Positions 35,528 through 44,662 of a DNA stretch of 64,000 bases are shown in pieces (the first letter of the stretch is position 1; each line of letters starts with the position of its first letter). Source of the stretch: an uncultured Clostridia bacterium (GTDB taxonomy: Bacteria; Bacillota; Clostridia; TANB77; CAG-508); contig CALXFG010000002.1 of NCBI GenBank assembly GCA_944387505.1, forward strand, positions 3,011 to 67,010, written 5' to 3'. The notes under the pieces are model-generated. The model saw only the letters and a list, made by a program, of their open reading frames with translations, was not told where the DNA came from and did not search any database. A program made the translations under genes and the position numbers.

Positions 35528-37147
35528 TTATTTTTTTAGCATTTCTTTGACATTCATGATATATTCTAAGTCTTTGATAGAAAATTTGCTTTTTTGGATA
35601 TTATTATAATTGTTTATAATTCTTACTTTTCTGATTAAATCTTCTATACTATCTTCTTCAAAGTTTTCTTTTGAAAGTTGCATTCCTAATAATTTGTATT
35701 TATCCTTTATGATAATAGATAATTCTTTTGTATCACTTATTTTTACATGATTGATGACTGTAAAGTTAGAAAAATTAATAAAGTTTCTTATTTTTTCAGC
35801 ATTTTCTCCAATTTCTTTGTCTGTTATGTCTTCATTATTTTTTATCATCGCTTTAGCCATGTATCCATAATAACTACTTGCAAATTTTAGTACATCAAAT
35901 AATGATGATGTTTCATCTAAATTTTGAAGTATCTTTTGATTGATGATTTCTTCATCTAATTGCATATATGCTTTTTTCAAGTCTAAAACAAGATTATTTC
36001 TTTGTAAAATAGAGATACTATCTTTCTTGTCCTCTGCTTTTTTACGTTCAAAAAATCCTTTACTTGGCTTTTCAATTTTAGAGTTTAATTTAAATATCTC
36101 TGTTTGCAATTTTTTGATTTCTTCTTTTGTTAACTCATATTGTGTTTTTTTAACTTTTTTATCTTTGTTTGCTTCTGCATTTTTTAATAATTCTTGTCTA
36201 GTTTGTAATACTTGTTCAACTAAAAATTTATATTCTAAGTATTTTGCATATTCTGTTAAATTCGTGTTTAATTTGTCAATATTTTCATCTATCTCATTTT
36301 TTTCGATATCTGATAACTTCGTAACATCTTTATCAGTTAATTCTGTATATATTCTTTTATAGTTATCTTCTTTATAATCATTGATATTTAAGCTACCTGT
36401 ATAGAATTTATCAAGAATGTTTTTGTTATCTGTTTCTTCTATTTGATTTTTCTTTTTAATCAGATCAGCCTTTCTTTCTTCGACATCTTCTACTGTTAAA
36501 GAAAGACCTTTTAAAATTTCTTGTGCTTTTTCATTATAAAATCTATCGATTTGACTTTCATATTTGTCATAAATATATCTTATATTTACATACAAATGTG
36601 ATACCACTTCTGAACATTCCCAATATACTTTTTCAAACTGATTTTTTACAGCTTCTGAATTGATATCTCCATTATAGGCTTCTCTTAATAGAACTTCCAT
36701 ATATTTCTTTGCATATTCACTGATACAAAAATCATCTGCTGTTAATTTGATTCCCACTTTTTCAAATTGTTTGATACTGAAAATCAGTTCCTTATTTAAC
36801 CTTTCTAAATTGCTCTTATAATAGCCATTTACATTGTATATAACGCGGTCTAATCCCATTTTTTCAAATGAAGAACGTGTATCTGTATTTTTTTCAGCAA
36901 TATCATATTTTAATATTTCTTGCTCTATTTGAGGAATCTCTGTATTTTCTTCAACAGTTGTAAGATTATCATATCTTTCTTCTATTTCTTTTAACAATTT
37001 TTCATTTAGATTTTCATATTTTTCAGTCATTTCTTGTATGGTTTTTAATAATGTTTTAATTGCTTTTATGCCATTTCTTGGCAATACTGAAATAACTTCT
37101 TTATCTGTTGTGATTTGTTTTTCTATATTTTCTACTAACTCTTTCAC
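35528..37147 (-). CDS. Cytoplasmic K/E-rich, predominantly helical/coiled-coil protein (539 aa, unknown function)
   Basis: No TM segment or signal. The heptad-like composition is a judgement by eye. The GTG start overlaps the stop of an upstream sORF (GTGA). Confidence 0.6.
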   Translation of the reverse strand: MKELVENIEKQITTDKEVISVLPRNGIKAIKTLLKTIQEMTEKYENLNEKLLKEIEERYDNLTTVEENTEIPQIEQEILKYDIAEKNTDTRSSFEKMGLDRVIYNVNGYYKSNLERLNKELIFSIKQFEKVGIKLTADDFCISEYAKKYMEVLLREAYNGDINSEAVKNQFEKVYWECSEVVSHLYVNIRYIYDKYESQIDRFYNEKAQEILKGLSLTVEDVEERKADLIKKKNQIEETDNKNILDKFYTGSLNINDYKEDNYKRIYTELTDKDVTKLSDIEKNEIDENIDKLNTNLTEYAKYLEYKFLVEQVLQTRQELLKNAEANKDKKVKKTQYELTKEEIKKLQTEIFKLNSKIEKPSKGFFERKKAEDKKDSISILQRNNLVLDLKKAYMQLDEEIINQKILQNLDETSSLFDVLKFASSYYGYMAKAMIKNNEDITDKEIGENAEKIRNFINFSNFTVINHVKISDTKELSIIIKDKYKLLGMQLSKENFEEDSIEDLIRKVRIINNYNNIQKSKFSIKDLEYIMNVKEMLKK

Positions 37148-37281
37148 GAATTTTCCTCCTCTAATTTTTTTACAGTTTCATATTCCCCATTTAAAAACTT
37201 TAAAAAGCTTTCTACTTGTTTTTGGGTATCTAGTAATTCATCATTTTCTAAATTAGATGTTTTTATATTTTTTAATTCCAT
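37144..37281 (-). CDS. Unlisted small ORF (45 aa): MELKNIKTSNLENDELLDTQKQVESFLKFLNGEYETVKKLEEENS
   Basis: My own translation. An RBS GAGGGGTGA lies 5 nt upstream. Its stop overlaps the next gene's GTG start. It fills an otherwise empty 139-nt gap in a tightly coupled operon. Confidence 0.4.
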   Translation of the reverse strand: MELKNIKTSNLENDELLDTQKQVESFLKFLNGEYETVKKLEEENS

Positions 37282-37286
37282 ACAGT

Positions 37287-38027
37287 TCACCCCTCTTCTC
37301 CTGTTTCTTCCTCTGGTGGTATATATTGTGTAAATGTCATTGTTGCTTTATAGTTTAATACTGTGTGTAAATCATTTACAGAAGTATTATCTTCCACTTG
37401 ATTTGTGTCATCTGTATTCGTTGTTTTTTGTTCTTCCCCTCTAAATTGTGTATCTGCCTTATTGTCCATAGTGCTACCTTCACCATCATTCCATCTAAAT
37501 AAGACTCTGATTTCTCTTTTCTTTTCACCTGCACTATTGACTTCTGTTGCTGGATCAATAACACCTTTTATTTCTTTTGTTTCTGTTATGGTATGTGTAT
37601 CTCCATCAATGACTTCATATCCATATATTTCAAAATCTTCTAATGGTGTCTCGTTTAATTGTTCAATCGAAAATTGATACTCAAATGCAACATCTACTTC
37701 TGTATAATCAATCAACATTTCAAAATATCCAGTTTGCCCAGGTACTAAAATATTTTCATTAATATTTTCATTTTCTGTAAGGATGGGTTCCATAACCTCA
37801 TTCAGTGTTTCTGCTTCATGTATAATTGTATCATTTACTTTCACTAACCAGCTTTTGATATTGGTATTATATGTCGTATCGACCTGTTCAAAATATCTTG
37901 CATAGGTTCTTTGTATAGAAAAAATGGTAATGATTAAAGAAATAATACATAATATTTCAATAATTCTTATTCTATTTTCTTCTTTCTTTAAATTTCCCTT
38001 TTCATTTTCTTTACTGTTTTCCTTCAT
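37287..38027 (-). CDS. TasA/camelysin-like protein with an N-terminal anchor/signal (246 aa). Paralog of 44018-44662.
   Basis: Signal region: IIEILCIISLIITIFSIQRTYARYFEQ. Shared with the paralog: LVPGQTGYFEMLIDYTEVDVAFEY, IRVLFRWNDGEG and TMTFTQY. Confidence 0.7.
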   Translation of the reverse strand: MKENSKENEKGNLKKEENRIRIIEILCIISLIITIFSIQRTYARYFEQVDTTYNTNIKSWLVKVNDTIIHEAETLNEVMEPILTENENINENILVPGQTGYFEMLIDYTEVDVAFEYQFSIEQLNETPLEDFEIYGYEVIDGDTHTITETKEIKGVIDPATEVNSAGEKKREIRVLFRWNDGEGSTMDNKADTQFRGEEQKTTNTDDTNQVEDNTSVNDLHTVLNYKATMTFTQYIPPEEETGEEG

Positions 38028-38043
38028 CCATTTTCCTCTCTAT

Positions 38044-38910
38044 TTATTCATTTTCCCTTTCTGCTCTCTTCACTTTTTTCCCTTTGAAAATTCTAAAGGC
38101 AACATATATCGTTAATGGCAATATTCCACAGAAATAGAAAACATATTTATTATTTAATAACATACAAATCCATGATAAAATATACATTTTCGTTTGCACA
38201 ACTCCATTGATTTGGTCTTCACCAACAACAGGGTCTTCTTGGTTATTGGCAATACCTTTTGTATGAAAAACTTTTTTTCCATCCACTTCTTCAATATCTA
38301 CAACCCTGTGGGTAATAAGCAAGCCATTCATTGATCCTGCTTTTCCTTCATATGTTACATCATCACCAATTTTAATTTTGTCTGGATCTGTTTCTTTAAC
38401 AATAATAACATCACCAATTTGATATTTGGGAATCATACTTCCTGTTTGTACTCTAAATATCCTAAATCCTAAAAATGATTCTTGGTTATTGGTAACTTTT
38501 TGTACAACGATGACAATAGAAATAAATAAGATAATAAGCATTAAAATTTTAACAATTAGATTCCAAATCATTCTAAATGGTTTGCTGGCAACTCTTCTTC
38601 CTATGTTTTTTCCTGAAATGGTTTCTGTATATTCTTGCACTTTTGGCTCTTCTTTTTTTACATTACTTACTTTTTTTTCAATTTTTGGCACATCTTTTTT
38701 TACTGTATCTGCTCTTTTTGTTGTGGTTGATGGCTTTTGATTTTTTGTTTCCGTTTTTTTCTTTGTGCTTGCTGTCTTTTGTGTTTTTAGTTCTATTTTT
38801 GGAATAGTGCTTACTTTTTTTTGAGCTTTGGTTTCTTTTTTGGTTTTTGTTTCTTTTTTTTCACCAGTTTTTATGCTCTCTTCTTCTCTTTCGTCATTCT
38901 TGCTCTTCAT
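38044..38910 (-). CDS. SipW-type signal peptidase I paralog with a ~110-aa K/T/E-rich N-terminal (cytoplasmic) tail
   Basis: Boxes: FRVQTGSMIPKYQIGDVIIV, LLITHRVVDI, HTKGIANNQEDP. The N-terminus reads KSKNDEREEESIKTGEKKETKTKKETKAQKK... before the TM segment. Confidence 0.75.
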   Translation of the reverse strand: MKSKNDEREEESIKTGEKKETKTKKETKAQKKVSTIPKIELKTQKTASTKKKTETKNQKPSTTTKRADTVKKDVPKIEKKVSNVKKEEPKVQEYTETISGKNIGRRVASKPFRMIWNLIVKILMLIILFISIVIVVQKVTNNQESFLGFRIFRVQTGSMIPKYQIGDVIIVKETDPDKIKIGDDVTYEGKAGSMNGLLITHRVVDIEEVDGKKVFHTKGIANNQEDPVVGEDQINGVVQTKMYILSWICMLLNNKYVFYFCGILPLTIYVAFRIFKGKKVKRAERENE

Positions 38911-40032
38911 TTATTTTAACCTCACTTCTTTTGCTTGTATCATGAATTTCTCAATTCGATCTTTAAATCTATCTTCTATCGGTTTTAAAGAAATTAGTTT
39001 CTTCGTTTTCATTACTAAAATTTTTTCTGAAATCAATTTATTTAGTTCTTTTTCTGTCATCTCTGGATTTAATTCTATAATTCTTTCAATCATAGCATCT
39101 GTTAATTCTTTTGCCATTTTCTTGTCTTCAATTGCTGATTTTGCCTTTCCTTTTAATGTATTACTATTGTCTGTCATTTTCAAAACAGAGTGTAGCAAAA
39201 ATATATCTTCATCTACTAATTCTTTTACGATACCTTTTTCTTCATACTCACTACTTTCATTAATCGTTTTATCACTTAATTCCATTTGTTCACTTAAATA
39301 GTTCCATAGTTTTACAGCATATTGAAAGTTTACATTTTTTAATAAAACATTTGTCATCTTTAATGGTGCTTTTACATATGTTGCTTTTTTGGCAACTAAG
39401 GTTTGATAAACCTCAGTTTGCTTTAACATTTTTATAGATTTTTCGATATCTGCTATTTTCTCAGATGTTTTTTCTGACTTTGTGATTTCTGTTGTTCTCT
39501 CAGAATGATATTCCAAATTCACATTAATTTTTTCTTTATTTAATTTAACTTCTGCTTCATAATTTGCTTTTTGGCGATTTTTGCCTTTATATTCCTCATC
39601 AGCCTCTTTTTTTCTTAAATACATGTAATCTTCAATCAATTTTATTAAAGTATACAAAAATCGATTTTCATAAGTCAGAAAAGTTTCTTCTTTATAGGCA
39701 TTTAAAATCTTTTTAGGTGTTACTTCTCCACTTTTTTGATTATATTTATCGACAAGATTGACATGTTTCGATAAATGTTTTACACTTTCTACTGTCACTT
39801 TCTTAATTAATTCTATCTTTATAATTTCTTCTTCTGTGACAATATTTTTTATTTCTTTTGTCAATGCTTTTTCTAAATATGGAATGGTAAATAAAACCAT
39901 GTCTATCCATTCATCATTCTCAACAAGATGACTTCTATCCACATCCATCATTAACTTTGAATCAATTTTACTAAGAAATTTAGTTGATTTTTCTTTTTCC
40001 ATATTCGCAAATTTCACAATATTTAAGTCCAT
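38911..40032 (-). CDS. Cytoplasmic hypothetical protein (373 aa), downstream partner of the McrB-like ATPase
   Basis: No TM segment. K/E-rich helical protein. It directly abuts the next gene (stop 38911, start 38910). No nuclease motif was recognised. Confidence 0.6.
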   Translation of the reverse strand: MDLNIVKFANMEKEKSTKFLSKIDSKLMMDVDRSHLVENDEWIDMVLFTIPYLEKALTKEIKNIVTEEEIIKIELIKKVTVESVKHLSKHVNLVDKYNQKSGEVTPKKILNAYKEETFLTYENRFLYTLIKLIEDYMYLRKKEADEEYKGKNRQKANYEAEVKLNKEKINVNLEYHSERTTEITKSEKTSEKIADIEKSIKMLKQTEVYQTLVAKKATYVKAPLKMTNVLLKNVNFQYAVKLWNYLSEQMELSDKTINESSEYEEKGIVKELVDEDIFLLHSVLKMTDNSNTLKGKAKSAIEDKKMAKELTDAMIERIIELNPEMTEKELNKLISEKILVMKTKKLISLKPIEDRFKDRIEKFMIQAKEVRLK

Positions 40033-40054
40033 TTTCTATCCTCCTGTCTCATTG

Positions 40055-40119
40055 TGTCCCATTGAGTTCGTTTGTCTATGGGACATTTTGTCCTATAGAG
40101 TTCGTTTGTCTATGGGACA
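40055..40119 (+). repeat. REP-like element, 2 tandem copies (40055-40085 and 40089-40119)
   Basis: TGTCCCATTGAGTTCGTTTGTCTATGGGACA and TGTCCTATAGAGTTCGTTTGTCTATGGGACA. Confidence 0.9.
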
Positions 40120-40120
40120 A

Positions 40121-40177
40121 GTCCGTCCTCAAAATCCCTCAAAAATGTCCCAAACAGAAACGTCCCCAATTGGACAC
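40121..40177 (+). repeat. Repeat family 2 copy (GTCCGTCCTCAAAATCCCTC) plus related GTCCC-containing words
   Basis: Two mismatches to the 23635 and 26009 copies. It is followed by TGTCCCAAACAGAAACGTCCCCAATTGGACAC. Confidence 0.6.
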
Positions 40178-40184
40178 TTTTTAT

Positions 40185-41738
40185 TTAAGACATCTTTTTA
40201 AGTCTTAATAAGAATTCTATACATTCGCCCATTTTTCCTTTTCCAAAGTTTTTGTCTAAGAAATCTATATATCCGTCGATTTCATCTCTAATTAATGTTA
40301 AGTTTAGTCCTTCAAATTTTCTTAATACTTTTTTTGCCATGAAATAGTCTACAGCTTCTGTTTCATCTCCACCACATGCTACATATACTGGTACAAATTT
40401 TTTCATGTGTTTTACAATACGGTTACCAAATGCAACTCTAAAGTGTTTGATGGTATAGTTATCCATATCTTCTATTTTTTTCAAAGTTGCTGGTGATATT
40501 GCATAGTCTACCATTGCTTTATCAAATAATCCATTTAAATATGAATAGTTTACATCAAGTGCATCAACATCATCTGCTTCAAATGCTACACCTTTTTCAT
40601 TGATATCGATTGGCATCGCTCTATCGTATACCTTATCTGTTACCATGAATGTTGAGTCGTCATTGTTGATGGTTCCGATATACCATGCATTAGGTGGAAT
40701 TTGTAATTTTCCTTTGATTAATTTCTTTGGATCTGTTGGCCATGAACTTTGTACAATTTCAATTTTCCAATCTTTTGTACTGTGCATTTCTAGAATAGAT
40801 AGCATTTCTGCAAAATAGTATTCCACACGAGCTAAGTTCATCTCGTCTAAGATAACTGTATAAATTTCATCCGTATATCCTGCTTCATATAAATATGCTA
40901 AGAAGTCTGTTTCATTAAATTTCTTAGTGAATTCATTTAAGTATCCAAATATATCTGTTCTATCTCTCCAAGATGGTTGTACAGATGCAACACATGATGG
41001 ATGTTTTACAAAGTTACCCCATGCAAGAGATATAGATGTTTTACCTGTACCAGAAATACCTTGTAAGATAACTAGTTTAGTTGATGCAATAGCTGATACA
41101 AATAACCTTATCATTTTTTCACTATAATATAATTTCAACTTGCTTGCAGCAAAATTTCTAAACATATAGCAAAACTCTGGTAATGTAAAGCTATTGTGAT
41201 AATCTTTTTGTTTATATTTTGCAAATTCTTCATCTATCATTGTTAATTTAGAGAATCTGCTTTGGCTATTTGGATCAATTTGTTCTTCATTATTTGCTTC
41301 TGATTGAGCAGCAGCAAGCGCAGCTTTATCCATACCTGTACTGATACCATTTGGATTAACACCTAATTCTGGTGACTTCATATTTAATAATTTTAATTTT
41401 TCGTCTACTAATTCTTCTACTTGTCCATTTAAGGTATCAATTTGTTTTAATAATTCTTCTTGATCTACAATCTTTTTCCTCCATTTCATATGTCTTTTCA
41501 AGAAAAAGATTAAAATTCCAACAATTCCTCCAATAACAATAAGCATGCAGATAATGGCTAATCCTGTTAAAAACCATTCTGAAACCTTAAAATCATTGGC
41601 ATAATTTTGGATAATTCCCCAATATCTTGGTATATTAAATATATTTACAATCCCATTCCAAAGTCCACCAAAAATATCTCCAAATCCAGAGAAAAATTGG
41701 CTTAAAAATTCAAATAAAAATCTTCCATATGTTTCCAT
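40185..41738 (-). CDS. Membrane-anchored McrB-family AAA+ (AAA_5) NTPase
   Basis: N-terminal TM segment (WFLTGLAIICMLIVIGGIVGILIFFL) plus a coiled coil. Walker A: LQGISGTGKTS. McrB-type Walker B signature: VILDEMNLARVEYYFAEMLSILE. Also YIGTINNDDSTFMVTDKVYDRAM (compare GTMNxxDRS...D.A..RR). Confidence 0.75.
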   Translation of the reverse strand: METYGRFLFEFLSQFFSGFGDIFGGLWNGIVNIFNIPRYWGIIQNYANDFKVSEWFLTGLAIICMLIVIGGIVGILIFFLKRHMKWRKKIVDQEELLKQIDTLNGQVEELVDEKLKLLNMKSPELGVNPNGISTGMDKAALAAAQSEANNEEQIDPNSQSRFSKLTMIDEEFAKYKQKDYHNSFTLPEFCYMFRNFAASKLKLYYSEKMIRLFVSAIASTKLVILQGISGTGKTSISLAWGNFVKHPSCVASVQPSWRDRTDIFGYLNEFTKKFNETDFLAYLYEAGYTDEIYTVILDEMNLARVEYYFAEMLSILEMHSTKDWKIEIVQSSWPTDPKKLIKGKLQIPPNAWYIGTINNDDSTFMVTDKVYDRAMPIDINEKGVAFEADDVDALDVNYSYLNGLFDKAMVDYAISPATLKKIEDMDNYTIKHFRVAFGNRIVKHMKKFVPVYVACGGDETEAVDYFMAKKVLRKFEGLNLTLIRDEIDGYIDFLDKNFGKGKMGECIEFLLRLKKMS

Positions 41739-41760
41739 GTTTTACTTCTCCTATTTTTTA

Positions 41761-41823
41761 TTCCCATTAAGTTCGTTTTTCTATGGGACATTTGTCCCGT
41801 TGAGATCGTTTTTCTATGGGACA
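41761..41823 (+). repeat. REP-like element, 2 tandem copies (41761-41790 and 41793-41823)
   Basis: TTCCCATTAAGTTCGTTTTTCTATGGGACA and TGTCCCGTTGAGATCGTTTTTCTATGGGACA. The second copy encodes the last codons and the stop of gene 41814-42863. Confidence 0.9.
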
Positions 41824-42863
41824 AATATTACGTTATTGAACATCTCTTTATTGCTTTTTATGTCTTTATATAATGACAATTTTTGAGGTACAATCACCAT
41901 TTTAAACATTTTTAATTGTTCCACATCTTCTATACTTTTTGCTTCATTATCTAATGTAATTGTAAAGTTGTAACCTTTTTTCGTGTATTCTAATACACTT
42001 TTTTGATTTTTTATATAGTCAGAATATAGAATATTTAAACTGATTTTATCTTGTAATTCTTGATTTCCAAGAATCGATAAAATACTATCTAATTTTTGTT
42101 TCTTTTTGAATAGTGTGCTTGTAAATTCTGCAATATATTTATCATTAAAATTTCCATTGATGATATCTGAAATGACAACAACACTTAATAATATATATTC
42201 TACTTGCAATTTATCTTCTGCTATAATTCCCTCATGATATACTTTTTCGATAGCAGTTTCGCTATATTGCATTGGCATTTTCACTTTCTGTTCTAGTGTA
42301 GCAAAATATATGTCATCTTTAGATTTGCAATTTTCAAATTGTAATACAAATTCATCTGTATCAAATTTTTCCAAAAATATTTCTTTTTCTAGCATATCAT
42401 TTTTGATTTCTTCATACAGTTTTTTTTCTGCACTTTGTGAAATTCCTGTCTGAAATAATTCATTTGCTGTTTGTATCATTTTACTAACAATTTCTTTTAT
42501 ATTATCAATCGTCTTAAAATTTTCTACATTTCTAACATTATCAAAAAATAAAATATATGCAAATAATTCTTTCAAATTGTGAATGGTATTTAATTTGCTT
42601 TGCTTTTCATTTAAGTTTTCAGATTCTTCTTCGCATTTTTTCATTAAAATATCTTCTTTATATTCTAGCTCTTCTAATATTCTTAAATAAAAAGCTCTTG
42701 CAGGCTTGTCTGCATTCTGAATATTATAATATCTAGCATTTATATATGTTTTTAAATATTCATCCACTAACTTTTCGTCATATTGTTTCGCCAATAATGT
42801 CTTCATATATTTTTTTATTTTCTTTTCTGTAAATGTTATATATGTATCCATTAAGTTGTTCAT
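41814..42863 (-). CDS. Cytoplasmic hypothetical protein (349 aa), upstream partner of the McrB-like ATPase
   Basis: RBS GGAGG. No TM segment and no recognisable motif. Confidence 0.6.
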   Translation of the reverse strand: MNNLMDTYITFTEKKIKKYMKTLLAKQYDEKLVDEYLKTYINARYYNIQNADKPARAFYLRILEELEYKEDILMKKCEEESENLNEKQSKLNTIHNLKELFAYILFFDNVRNVENFKTIDNIKEIVSKMIQTANELFQTGISQSAEKKLYEEIKNDMLEKEIFLEKFDTDEFVLQFENCKSKDDIYFATLEQKVKMPMQYSETAIEKVYHEGIIAEDKLQVEYILLSVVVISDIINGNFNDKYIAEFTSTLFKKKQKLDSILSILGNQELQDKISLNILYSDYIKNQKSVLEYTKKGYNFTITLDNEAKSIEDVEQLKMFKMVIVPQKLSLYKDIKSNKEMFNNVIFVP

Positions 42864-42875
42864 TTTTACCTCCTG

Positions 42876-42937
42876 TGTCCCATTGAGATCGTTTGTCTAT
42901 GGGACATTTCCCATTGAGATCGTTTTTCTATGGGACA
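42876..42937 (+). repeat. REP-like element, 2 tandem copies
   Basis: TGTCCCATTGAGATCGTTTGTCTATGGGACA (42876-42906) and TTCCCATTGAGATCGTTTTTCTATGGGACA (42908-42937). Confidence 0.9.
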
Positions 42938-42944
42938 TTTTGCC

Positions 42945-43529
42945 CTAAATGATTTGTTTAGCATCAATATCTAATTTTATATATTCTATCAAATCAGAAA
43001 ATTCTGCATTTGTATCATTTTCTTTTGGAAATGTTACTTTTATCACATAATTATCTGTCAAATCTTCTCCTTGTATCATTTGTGAAGGCTCTATCGATAT
43101 TTCTCTGTAATAAGTCCCATCTTCATCTGTGGTTATTTTTTGTTGTGTAGTTAAGATTTCGCCATTTTTTTCTATTGCATATTCTAATGGTAAATTGGTT
43201 GTTGTTGTTATGGTTAATGCATATTCCAAATCTGTTTCTGCTCTTTTATTGATTGTTCCATCTTCATCTGCCTCAAAATTTGATACGGAAAAAGAATAAT
43301 CAAATGAATTATTTGATGGATATATATCTTTTATAATCATATTTGCTGATTGAAAATCATCATGAAGCATCCAGAAAGCAACATCTACATCTTTTTCTGA
43401 CGTTGCTACTGTTTGATATCTTGATAATGTTCTTACTATAAAAATAATCGCAATAATGATAATTGCTATTAAAAAAAGTATAAGCATACTTTTTTTCAAT
43501 TTTTTCTTATCCAACATCTTTTTTCTCAC
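42945..43529 (-). CDS. Small N-terminally anchored/secreted beta-rich protein (194 aa). Paralog of the frameshifted gene 47251-48127.
   Basis: TM segment: MLILFLIAIIIIAIIFIVRTLSRYQTV. The DLEYALTITT motif is shared with DLEYQLSCET. It overlaps the upstream sipW by 23 nt. Confidence 0.65.
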   Translation of the reverse strand: MRKKMLDKKKLKKSMLILFLIAIIIIAIIFIVRTLSRYQTVATSEKDVDVAFWMLHDDFQSANMIIKDIYPSNNSFDYSFSVSNFEADEDGTINKRAETDLEYALTITTTTNLPLEYAIEKNGEILTTQQKITTDEDGTYYREISIEPSQMIQGEDLTDNYVIKVTFPKENDTNAEFSDLIEYIKLDIDAKQII

Positions 43530-44031
43530 CTATTTTTTCTTTATATGCTATCATCACTATAAATAATATAATGGTTATCACTAGTGGTATGATAACATGC
43601 ATATCTGTAAATACTTTTTTCCAAACTTCTACATGATTGATAATATACACTGCTTTACCTATCACTTGACTTTTTTCTATTGGCTCATCTTGAGTATTAT
43701 TATTATCTCCTTTTGTGATGATGGTATCTCCATCAATTTGTTCTATTCTATGTGTAATAAGTGCATTGTCCTGTTTGTATGTTATAATATCATTTTCCTT
43801 GATTTCATCACTTATTTTGATAATTATAATATCACCTATTTCAATGGTTGGTGACATACTTCCAGTTTCTGTACTAAGTATAGAATAGCCAAATATATTT
43901 ACATATTCTTTATTTTGAATATTTAATTGTATAAATCCCCATATGACAAGAATAGCAATGATACTTAATACTAAAATTATTAATTCTACTACAACTTTTT
44001 TAATAATGTTTAATACCTTATGTTGTTTCAT
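43507..44031 (-). CDS. sipW: SipW-type signal peptidase I (canonical boxes, no tail)
   Basis: STETGSMSPTIEIGDIIII, ALITHRIEQI, TKGDNNNTQDEP. N- and C-terminal TM segments. It overlaps both neighbouring genes. Confidence 0.8.
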   Translation of the reverse strand: MKQHKVLNIIKKVVVELIILVLSIIAILVIWGFIQLNIQNKEYVNIFGYSILSTETGSMSPTIEIGDIIIIKISDEIKENDIITYKQDNALITHRIEQIDGDTIITKGDNNNTQDEPIEKSQVIGKAVYIINHVEVWKKVFTDMHVIIPLVITIILFIVMIAYKEKIGEKKDVG

Positions 44032-44662
44032 TGCCTATCTCCTCTCCTGTATATTGTTTTAAATTAATTTCTAATGGAATGTTTATCTTTGCATTTTGTG
44101 TTTGACCTAATGCTGAATCTGCTTCATTATTTTCTTCTATATTTTCCCATTCAAAATATAATCTGATATGATTTAAATATTTGTCATTTATTCTTGCAAG
44201 AGGAATGATAGCCTCATGCATATTTGTTTCATTATTTGTATATACATCATCATTTGTAAATTGTTCTGTTTCATCAGTTTTTTGGAAATAATTTTCCACA
44301 TTCACTAACTTTAATTTTGCTGTTGTTACAGCATCTAATTTTATATTTAATGTATATAAAACAGATACATCTGTGGTTGTTGGATCGATAATAATTTCAA
44401 AATACGCCTGTGTCCCTGGTGCTATTTTTTGGCTTTTAACATGTTCAGAATCCAGATACACAAGATTGTCTTCTGTCATGTTAAAAGTCAAATTTTCATC
44501 ACCTGAAGATATGTCTGTTTCATTTACTTTAATTGACCATACACCTAATAGATTTGTATATTCTCCTTCTAATTGGTCTTTATATAAAGCATACATATTT
44601 GCTATTTCAAATAAGGTTATAATTAACATTATTAATACTAAAATTCTTAATAATTTTTTCAT
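44018..44662 (-). CDS. TasA/camelysin-like secreted protein (214 aa). Paralog of 37287-38027.
   Basis: Signal: LRILVLIMLIITLFEIANMYALYKDQ. Shared motifs: IAPGTQAYFEIIIDPTTTDVSVLY, IRLYFEWENIEE, INLKQY. Confidence 0.7.
   Translation of the reverse strand: MKKLLRILVLIMLIITLFEIANMYALYKDQLEGEYTNLLGVWSIKVNETDISSGDENLTFNMTEDNLVYLDSEHVKSQKIAPGTQAYFEIIIDPTTTDVSVLYTLNIKLDAVTTAKLKLVNVENYFQKTDETEQFTNDDVYTNNETNMHEAIIPLARINDKYLNHIRLYFEWENIEENNEADSALGQTQNAKINIPLEINLKQYTGEEIGNETT

Noticed and set aside
40185-41738. Interpreting the McrB-like gene and its neighbours as a confirmed McrBC-type restriction or defence system.
   Set aside because: I could recognise no McrC or PD-(D/E)xK nuclease motif in the neighbours, and the ATPase is membrane-anchored. 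I kept this as an open alternative in the findings rather than making it a call.
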